23,443 bases of DNA, from NCBI GenBank assembly GCA_963817385.1, contig CAWFOM010000029.1, positions 1 to 23,443 on the forward strand, in the 5' to 3' direction. A model generated the notes under the pieces. It did no database searches. It was not told the DNA's origin and saw only the letters and a list, made by a program, of their open reading frames with translations. Shown here piece after piece: positions 16,985 to 23,443 of the stretch (positions are counted from its first letter, which is position 1; every line of letters starts with the position of its first letter). The position numbers were made by a program, and so were the translations under genes. The stretch comes from an uncultured delta proteobacterium (lineage in GTDB: Bacteria; Desulfobacterota; Syntrophia; Syntrophales; UBA5619).

Positions 16985-18019
16985 ATGAAGCGGTTTCTCT
17001 TTCCATTAATGTTGTCTTTCTTGTTCGTCATCTTATTCCCTGTTGCCTCTTTTGCGGAGGGTAACATGAGCATCACGATCCTTTACACCGGCTTTGTAAA
17101 GGGGACCATTTCTCCGTATGCACTGTGCCCCTGCGGCGTCAACAGTTCGGGCGGTCTGGCCAGACGCGCACATATGATAGAATCCATCCGGAAACACAAA
17201 CGATCAGTCCTGCTCTTGGATTGCGGGGCAGTTTTCGATCCACAAAAAGATAATACCAATGCCGAATTACATTTGAAGGCAATGGAGCGAATGGGATACG
17301 ACGCCTTAAACCTGGGAAGCCCCGAGCTTCATTTTGGAAAGGAATTCCTCGAGCGTACACATTCCCTCGTCTCCTTTCCCTATATTGCATCAAATCTGCT
17401 TTATCACGGTAGCAGGCTTCCCTGGACCCGGGAGTACATCATCAAGGAGGTGGGCGGTATAAAGGTGGTCATCCTGGGCATTCTCGATCCGGATGATCTC
17501 AAGAACATCCCTCGCCAGGATGATGCAAAAGGCTTTGAAGTTATACCCCCCGAGGCCGCCCTTGACAGGCTGTTGCCCGAGGTAAGGGGGAAGGCCGATC
17601 TGATCATCCTCCTGTCTCAATTAGACGAAGTCAAGAACCGTGCGCTGGTAGAAGCTGCCCGGGGAATTGACGTTGTCGTTTCCTCCGGACGTAGTAGTAT
17701 ATTGTACAAAGAGCCACCCGAAAACACCGTTGTTGTCCTCCATACAGGCTCCGAGGGAATGACGATGGGACTAGTGACGATCACGCTCGATAATAAGCGG
17801 GTGCTTAGGGTAAGCGAAAGAAGGGATGTCTCACTGGATCGTTCAGTTTCCGGCAACAAGGAGATCTTGGGGCTAGTTGAAACGTATCAAAAGGAGCAGG
17901 AAACAAACAAGGGGCAAACACAAAAGGCGTTGATGGGTGGACTGAAATTGAGTCCGCAGGAATTCATGGAGCAGTACCGGAAAGAACAAACTGAAAAGAA
18001 AAAGAAGAGGCTCGGATGA
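16985..18019 (+). CDS. Exported UshA/5'-nucleotidase-like metallophosphoesterase-fold protein (Cys form of UshA-like selenoproteins)
   Basis: Signal peptide, ITILYTG, CPCG...GGLARRA, LLLDCG, MGYDALNLG, FPYIASN, ADLIILLS; canonical metal-ligand His residues appear degenerate. Confidence 0.72.
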   Translation: MKRFLFPLMLSFLFVILFPVASFAEGNMSITILYTGFVKGTISPYALCPCGVNSSGGLARRAHMIESIRKHKRSVLLLDCGAVFDPQKDNTNAELHLKAMERMGYDALNLGSPELHFGKEFLERTHSLVSFPYIASNLLYHGSRLPWTREYIIKEVGGIKVVILGILDPDDLKNIPRQDDAKGFEVIPPEAALDRLLPEVRGKADLIILLSQLDEVKNRALVEAARGIDVVVSSGRSSILYKEPPENTVVVLHTGSEGMTMGLVTITLDNKRVLRVSERRDVSLDRSVSGNKEILGLVETYQKEQETNKGQTQKALMGGLKLSPQEFMEQYRKEQTEKKKKRLG

Positions 18020-18272
18020 AAAGTAGACGACCGCTGTTGGCGACGGTATGCTTCTCTCAGGGGATCAGGTAACGGTAAAGGTGAAGATAGACTTTTCAAT
18101 ATGGGATACAACTTAAAGGAGTGTCCCAGACGCAAAACTGGGTTAAAGAACGGAGAAAATGGTTTGTAAAGTCGGAGCCGCAAAATAATCCATATGTCAC
18201 GCAGGAAACGCAGAAATAACTTATTTTCTACATATTCGCTCCGCTCAAATTGTCATGTTTTTTATCTCGCTC

Positions 18273-18443
18273 TTAGGCGTCTATTGCATTCTTCAAGCTA
18301 CTCTGCCTGGTTATGATATGTTCACACCGCTTGTCGATAATCTTCATAAAATCGAGAGCACCCTGCACGTCTCCATCGAGGACGATCCTTTTTATTTTCA
18401 TATATTCTTCGAGCGTAAATGTGACAACCGCCTGATCGAGCAT
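18273..18443 (-). CDS. Small hypothetical protein (56 aa), KRIVLDxD family
   Basis: AGGAGG RBS before ATG 18443; MLDQAVVTFTLEEYMKIKRIVLDGDVQGALDFMK...; similar to 19881-20093. Confidence 0.7.
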   Translation of the reverse strand: MLDQAVVTFTLEEYMKIKRIVLDGDVQGALDFMKIIDKRCEHIITRQSSLKNAIDA

Positions 18444-18559
18444 GACAACCTCCTGAAAATTCCCCTTATCCTGATTGCTTCCTATGGAAAACGGCATACT
18501 CTTTTTGCTATATCACTTTTCCGCTTCAGAGAAGGGAGGGGGAAGCGTTTTCATGCCCT

Positions 18560-18724
18560 CTACGCACACCGCCTGTGCAGGGCGGATTCGACTTTCTTGG
18601 CGATGACCCGCACGACGAACCCGAAGATCTCCCGCGGTTCGTTGCGCTGGGAAAGATCGAGCGCCTCTCGCACCTCAGTTTCTTCCAGGACGATCACGGT
18701 CCTTTCGATGTTATCTTTTGCCAT
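18560..18724 (-). CDS. Small hypothetical protein (54 aa), not in the ORF track
   Basis: GAGGAG RBS; MAKDNIERTVIVLEETEVREALDLSQRNEPREIFGFVVRVIAKKVESALHRRCA*; 30 nt downstream of the desulfurase. Confidence 0.7.
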   Translation of the reverse strand: MAKDNIERTVIVLEETEVREALDLSQRNEPREIFGFVVRVIAKKVESALHRRCA

Positions 18725-18754
18725 CGCCGCCTTTTCTCCTCAGGCTTCCGAAGT

Positions 18755-19903
18755 CTATCGGATCACGATGCTCCGCAACGCCTCAGCCGCGGCACTGATT
18801 TCGTCCGCTGTGTTGAAGAAACCGGGACTGAAGCGTAGCGCGCCGCCTTGATCCAACGTACCGGCTATTCGATGCGCCTGCGGCGCGCAGTGGAGCCCGG
18901 CTCGCGTCATAACACCGAACACCTGATCGAGCACCGTGGCCAGTTGATCGGGCACGTAGCCATTTACTGCCACGGAAACGACCGCCGTGCGGCGGGTCAG
19001 GTCGGCCGGCCCCAGCACCGTCAAGCCCGGCACATCACCCAATACCGCGATCAACAGGGCAGTCAGCGCCATCTCGTGTTCGCGGATGTGCAAGACCCCC
19101 GCTTTCTGTACAAAGCGCGCCCCGGCCAGCAGGCCGGCGATGCCGGCGGCGTTCTGCGTGCCTGCTTCCAGGCGCAGAGGAAGCTCCTCCGGCATGGTTT
19201 CCGGTTCCGATTTTGCGCCTGATCCACCTTCGATCCACGTCGCCAGCACAACGCCAGGGCGGACAACCAGCCCCCCGGTCCCCTGGGGTCCGTAGAGCCC
19301 CTTGTGGCCGGCAAAAGCCAGCAGGTCGATATTCATCGCCGCCATGTCAATCGGATGCGCGCCGGCCGTTTGCGCCGCATCCACCAGAAAAAGAATGCCA
19401 TGTGCCTTGGCGATCCGTCCGATCTCGGCGACTGGCAGGATTGTTCCCAGCACGTTGGAGGCGTGCTGCAGGGCGATCATCCTCGTGGCCGGACGGATAG
19501 CCGCCTCCACAGCCGCGGAGGAAAGCGTGCCATCCGCTGCGCAGGGGACGGCGGTCATTGCCACCCCGCTGCGCTCCAGCGCCTTGAGCGGGCGCCACAT
19601 GGCGTTGTGTTCAATGGATGACGTGATTACATGGTCGCCGGGCCGCAGGATGCCCTTGAGAGCCATGTTGATCGCCTGAGTCGCGTTCAATGTGAAGATC
19701 ACGCCGCTCGGGGAAGGCGCGTTGAAGAGCTGTGCCAGCGCCGCCCGCGCGTTGTCAACGATCCGGGCGGCTTTCTCCTCCCGCCGGTGGCCGCCGCGAC
19801 CGGGGGTCGCCCCCACCTGGCGCATGAATCGGCCCACGGCGCGATAAACCGACTCCGGTTTGGGCCAGCTCGTTGCCGCGTTATCCAGGTAAGCGCCCAT
19901 CAT
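18755..19903 (-). CDS. Class V PLP-dependent cysteine desulfurase / selenocysteine lyase family protein
   Basis: YLDNAATSWPKP, NATQAIN, EHNA, HASNVLG, DAAQTAG, GHKGLYGPQGTG, EAGTQN, RAGLHCAP. Confidence 0.93.
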   Translation of the reverse strand: MMGAYLDNAATSWPKPESVYRAVGRFMRQVGATPGRGGHRREEKAARIVDNARAALAQLFNAPSPSGVIFTLNATQAINMALKGILRPGDHVITSSIEHNAMWRPLKALERSGVAMTAVPCAADGTLSSAAVEAAIRPATRMIALQHASNVLGTILPVAEIGRIAKAHGILFLVDAAQTAGAHPIDMAAMNIDLLAFAGHKGLYGPQGTGGLVVRPGVVLATWIEGGSGAKSEPETMPEELPLRLEAGTQNAAGIAGLLAGARFVQKAGVLHIREHEMALTALLIAVLGDVPGLTVLGPADLTRRTAVVSVAVNGYVPDQLATVLDQVFGVMTRAGLHCAPQAHRIAGTLDQGGALRFSPGFFNTADEISAAAEALRSIVIR

Positions 19904-20093
19904 CTGTCTCCTCGATTTTCACCTGTTGAATCCCACGGCGTTCGGCCGCAGCGCACACTTGCGGCGCGATCACGGCCTGAAAGAAGTTCACTGCCTCCGC
20001 GAAATCGCGATCGAGCACTATTCGCTTTAGCTCTATGACTTCTGCAGCTTCCACCGTGACCCATATGGCGAATTTTCCTTTTTTTGTCTTCAT
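19881..20093 (-). CDS. Small hypothetical protein (70 aa), KRIVLDxD family
   Basis: GGAGG RBS before ATG 20093; VTVEAAEVIELKRIVLDRDFAEAVNFF; overlaps the desulfurase start. Confidence 0.7.
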   Translation of the reverse strand: MKTKKGKFAIWVTVEAAEVIELKRIVLDRDFAEAVNFFQAVIAPQVCAAAERRGIQQVKIEETDDGRLPG

Positions 20094-20257
20094 CACGTCC
20101 TCCATACGTATCAGTGGCTCGTCTATCGTAGGCAGGTCCATGTGGCATGCTCACGGCGAGGGAAAACAGATGGAGTCTCTCAGGGCGCTGCTATGGACGA
20201 TCTCGCTCCGCATTTCGGCCGCGCAGGACTGCTTTCAGTCGGACCTTTGTTTGGTAA

Positions 20258-20286
20258 ACTATATGAAAGCGTAGATTCCATGTCAA
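20258..20286 (-). promoter_or_regulatory. sigma70 promoter of the minus-strand desulfurase operon
   Basis: On the minus strand: TTGACA (20286-20281), 17-nt spacer, TATAGT (20263-20258); AT-rich upstream region. Confidence 0.8.
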
Positions 20287-20639
20287 GGTAATTTAACCAC
20301 AATATATACTAAAATCAATATATAGAGCCGTTATCAATAATTGAATTTATTTTAGTGAATCGTAAATAATTAAACGTTCACTGTCGTATAGATTATATGA
20401 CGATTCCCCATTGACTTGCGAATCACGGTGCAGTATATCTCTATCAATGAATTCAGTAGAAATGTAAATTACTAACTCGCCAAGATCGTGACGACGCTTC
20501 TCGCTGCAAACCGGCTGAAGCTTTATACGATGCCGGAAGAGGATGATGATGCGGGGCGGCACGTTCGATCCATCAGGAGCAATAAAGAAAAAAATGTTCT
20601 TTGTTTTTTTCCGGAAACCAGGTCGATGAGGAAGAAAAG

Positions 20640-21230
20640 ATGGGATTGAAAAGGGTGTTTGTCGCCGGTTTTTTCATGTTGATTCTGGACGGTTTGATCG
20701 TTGCGGGTGTTGGATCGGCCGAAGAACGAAATCCGCCGTTCCCGTCTTACGGCTCGGGACTCGTCGAGGTGCGGTTGTACACCGATTATTTCTGTCCACC
20801 CTGCAGGGCGATGGAACCCGCCGTGGAGTCGATTCTGAAAGAACTGCTCAAGAAAAACGCGATCCGGCTCATCCTGGTGGACGTCCCCCACAACCGGCTC
20901 ACGCCTCTTTTCGCCAGGAATTTTCTTTACGCCCTCAAAGAGAACAATGACCTGGAGCATGCCTTCCGGGTCCGGAACATCCTTCAGGCGGCTTCCACCA
21001 ACAAGGAGGTTACGACGCAGGAACGAATCGGAGCGCTGTTCACGGTAAATTGGATCCCCTACACCGTCTTTGACGCCAAGCCCACCTTCGACCGCCACAA
21101 CGCCCTGATCAAGGAAGACAAAATCAACGCGACACCCACCTGCGTCGTCATCAAGAACGGCCAGAAGAAGGCATTCGTCGGGGGGTCGGCCATCATAAAC
21201 GCCCTCAAATCCCTCAAGGCTCTGCAATAG
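20640..21230 (+). CDS. Exported DsbA-like thioredoxin-fold protein
   Basis: Signal peptide, VRLYTDYFCPPCRAME, INATPTCVV cis-Pro loop; GAGGA RBS favours ATG 20640. Confidence 0.85.
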   Translation: MGLKRVFVAGFFMLILDGLIVAGVGSAEERNPPFPSYGSGLVEVRLYTDYFCPPCRAMEPAVESILKELLKKNAIRLILVDVPHNRLTPLFARNFLYALKENNDLEHAFRVRNILQAASTNKEVTTQERIGALFTVNWIPYTVFDAKPTFDRHNALIKEDKINATPTCVVIKNGQKKAFVGGSAIINALKSLKALQ

Positions 21231-21279
21231 ATCGGCATCTTCCGGGAGTGATCCCGGCAGGTGGAAAGGAATATCCCTG

Positions 21280-21503
21280 ATGCGCGACCACGTCCTGAAA
21301 ATCATCAACGTCGCTTTCCCCGCCGTAGGCGGCGGTTCGATGATCTTTTACGAGGTCTGCGACATCTCCTGTTCCTCGCTTCAGGGAACATTTCTGGGCC
21401 TGTATCTGAAGGCGATCGGAATCCTTTACATGGCTGCGCTTTTGGCTTTGACCCTGCCGCCGGCATCCCGTTCGGCCGCGTCCGACCTTCACTTGCGAAC
21501 GAT
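21280..21503 (+). pseudogene. 5' part of a VKOR-like membrane disulfide protein, truncated
   Basis: TM-loop with CDISCS-GTFLG-TM pattern next to a DsbA-like gene; the C-terminal CxxC helix is missing. Confidence 0.5.
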
Positions 21504-21629
21504 GCAGCTTTGCCGGAGATCATCGTACACGACTCCATGTTCCGGAAGAAATTGATCATTGCCTTCGTGCTGAACGTTTTTCTGGTGGCCATCGCAGCCG
21601 GATATCTTGTGGATCTTCTGATCTATTAA
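21504..21629 (+). pseudogene. 3' remnant of an ArsP/DUF318-like permease
   Basis: AALPEIIVHDSMFRKKLIIAFVLNVFLVAIAAGYLVDLLIY* parallels the ArsP C-terminus (compare SLPSMLTLTGIMGVKKTLAYCTIVVVLSTAAGMAY at ~7560-7670). Confidence 0.6.
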
Positions 21630-21658
21630 GAAAAAGACCGTCAGTTGAAGGAGGCATC

Positions 21659-22153
21659 ATGTTCCCATGCATACGATCGGGGGATCGAGAAATCCTCTCC
21701 ATGATCATCGAGCTTTCCAAGGCGTTGCGGTGCTGCCGCCAGGATGAAGTTTTCTGCGCCGGGGAGGTGACTTTTACCCAGTTCATCATCCTCGACGCCG
21801 TCGCCGGCAACGGGACGCTGGACATGGCGGACCTGCACAACCTGCTTTCGGTTGATAAGAGCACGACAACCCGTTTTATTGCACCCCTGATCAGGAGTAA
21901 TCTCCTCGTCAGGGAAAGGTCCAGCCGCGATTCAAGAGCGGCGATGCTGAAACTGTCCAAGGAAGGCAAAGCCGTTCATAAAAAAGCGTCGCAAAACCTT
22001 GCATCCCTCATCAGAATTATTCAGTCAGAAATCCCCAATGAAAAGAGAGGGGTGTGTTTGGAGGGAAGCCGCATTTTTTTGCATGCTCTCCAGAATGTTT
22101 TCGCTATGCGGCCAAAAGGGATTAAGGGTGTTGCCTGCTGTAAATCTTTCTGA
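21659..22153 (+). CDS. MarR family transcriptional regulator with vicinal Cys pairs
   Basis: VTFTQFIILD, LSVDKSTTTR, DSRA..LKLSKEG wHTH motifs; RCCRQDEVFC and ACCKSF; GGAGG RBS. Confidence 0.88.
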   Translation: MFPCIRSGDREILSMIIELSKALRCCRQDEVFCAGEVTFTQFIILDAVAGNGTLDMADLHNLLSVDKSTTTRFIAPLIRSNLLVRERSSRDSRAAMLKLSKEGKAVHKKASQNLASLIRIIQSEIPNEKRGVCLEGSRIFLHALQNVFAMRPKGIKGVACCKSF

Positions 22154-22360
22154 GGGAGGTTGCCAACAGGGCTAAAGAGGAAACTTGGATATGCGGAGAA
22201 AAGGGATGGATTCCGATGTACCGATCAGAAAAACGATGTTGATACCGATCGCGGCCATCCGAGCTCCCGTGTGCCTCCGGCCCAAGACGGCGATCTCGAA
22301 CAGTGCTGCTGGCTGGAAAAGGTACGAGGGCGAGTGTGATTCCATCTCTCATCGACGGTC

Positions 22361-23017
22361 ATGAAAACAACGTCAATATCTAATCCGAATTTACTCAGGA
22401 TATTGGATGAACGCACCCACAAGGCATATTATGGCTGCGACCAGGAATGGTACCCTACGGAGCAGCAGCGTCTTTCGGGATGCGGCCCCTCTGTGGCATG
22501 CACGATCATGTCTTATCTGAATCATGCCCGGTCTCCTTCCGATTTAGAGCAGAGTTTCACCAGCAAGGAATATTGTTTGTTTCTGATGGAAGAAATTTGG
22601 GAATATGTTACTCCGACAAAGGAAGGCATACCAGCAACTAAAATGTTTTGTGAAGCCGTGCTTGCTTACACAAAATCCAAGGATCTGAATGTCGAATATG
22701 GCTTTTGCGACGTGCCTGAAGACAAGTCCATCCGTCCTACACTGCCAGAAGTGTTGATATTTTTGGAAGAGGCCCTGCTGAAGGATGCCCCGATAGCCTT
22801 TTTAAATTTGTGCAATGGCGATGAGAAAAACCTTGAGCGATGGCATTGGGTTACTATCATTTCGCTGGAGCACGCAGAGCATGGAGGCAGCGCTTGCGTA
22901 AATATTTTGGACGAAGGGCTGGTCAAGAAAATCGACCTTGCGTTATGGTTCAGGACTACAACGCTGGGCGGCGGATTTGTTTACTTTATATCTTCTCCCG
23001 GTATTGTTGACGAATAA
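22361..23017 (+). CDS. Papain-fold (C39-like) cysteine peptidase-like protein
   Basis: SGCGPSVAC nucleophile motif, WHWVTI His motif, downstream ILD; lower GC than the core ars genes. Confidence 0.6.
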   Translation: MKTTSISNPNLLRILDERTHKAYYGCDQEWYPTEQQRLSGCGPSVACTIMSYLNHARSPSDLEQSFTSKEYCLFLMEEIWEYVTPTKEGIPATKMFCEAVLAYTKSKDLNVEYGFCDVPEDKSIRPTLPEVLIFLEEALLKDAPIAFLNLCNGDEKNLERWHWVTIISLEHAEHGGSACVNILDEGLVKKIDLALWFRTTTLGGGFVYFISSPGIVDE

Positions 23018-23105
23018 GCTTTTAGCATTAAGGAGTATCTGCATGGGGATCTGGCCCTCTCGTACCTTGAGCGGCACGGAAACCAACTTCATCATCTTGA
23101 CGAGT

Positions 23106-23179
23106 TCGGTTGAATTCAATGGGAACACAACCATCAACATGAACAGCCGGCTTCGCTGAAAAGCCTGCTGTTCGCCATC
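23106..23179 (+). pseudogene. Diverged remnant copy of the CDF gene 5' end
   Basis: (M)EHNHQHEQPASLKSLLFAI versus MEHNHNHEQPASLKNLLFAI at 15914; extra G after ATG; similarity stops abruptly. Confidence 0.8.
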
Positions 23180-23243
23180 ACGGAACCAGATGCTCGCGAA
23201 AAACAAGCGCTTAGGGATGATCTTGGGGCTGGAAACGGCCTAC

Positions 23244-23348
23244 CGCAACGCCACAGGACGGTCAGGAGAAAAACTCGACGCGGCCCTCCGCATCAGGGAT
23301 GATATCCGGCAGTCAGTATCGACATTTATAAGCGAGACACCAGTCTGA
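23244..23348 (+). pseudogene. Possible second arsC C-terminal remnant
   Basis: NATGRSGEKLDAALRIRDDIRQSVSTFI resembles the ArsC 'G..EEKL...R.IRDEI' helix; lies in short ORF 23190-23348. Confidence 0.4.
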
Positions 23349-23443
23349 AGCGAAGTGCTGCTCAGTTCACTATTTCTTCAGGGTGAATACTTGTCAAACA
23401 AGCGTCATAAATAGTGGTTGAATGCCCACGGCATCCCTTTCCT

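Noticed and set aside
20150..20190. CTCTCAGG on the + strand as a glycine riboswitch
   Set aside because: Wrong strand for the adjacent operon, and the GGAGA and CCGAAG core motifs are missing.
22154..22360. Possible arsM remnant after marR (RKLGYAEK..MDSDVP..PIAAI)
   Set aside because: Needs frameshifts and lacks the GLGCGNP and DLGSG motifs; too weak without a search.
1..23443. tRNA, rRNA, CRISPR array, transposase or integrase
   Set aside because: None recognised by eye; the island interpretation rests on gene content, GC shifts and scars only.

Overview
Bacterial DNA, mostly GC-rich with AT-rich patches. The gene styles suggest an anaerobic Desulfobacterota/Syntrophales-like organism (inference). 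Two housekeeping genes (LppC/LpoA-like protein, surE) are followed by a ~21 kb arsenic/metal/redox island. Unit 1 is arsR-cfa-TauE/SafE-MBL hydrolase. Unit 2 is arsR-arsP(frameshifted)-arsC remnant-two thioredoxin-like genes-arsD-arsA(frameshifted)-stand-alone MtrA-like corrinoid protein-two selenoprotein genes the ORF track misses or truncates-acr3-radical SAM/SPASM-exported thioredoxin-ccdA-CDF transporter-UshA-like protein. The selenoproteins are a glutaredoxin-like protein with two in-frame TGAs and SECIS-like hairpins, and a HesB/IscA-like protein. A minus-strand operon follows, with a cysteine desulfurase/Sec-lyase-like enzyme and three related small proteins. The window ends in a decayed tail: DsbA-like gene, VKOR-like/ArsP chimera, Cys-rich MarR, C39-like peptidase, and CDF and arsC remnants. 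The most notable observation is an intact, soluble MtrA-like protein sitting with Sec redox proteins inside an ars cluster whose classical genes appear to be decaying. All calls come from motif recognition by eye; no searches were run.
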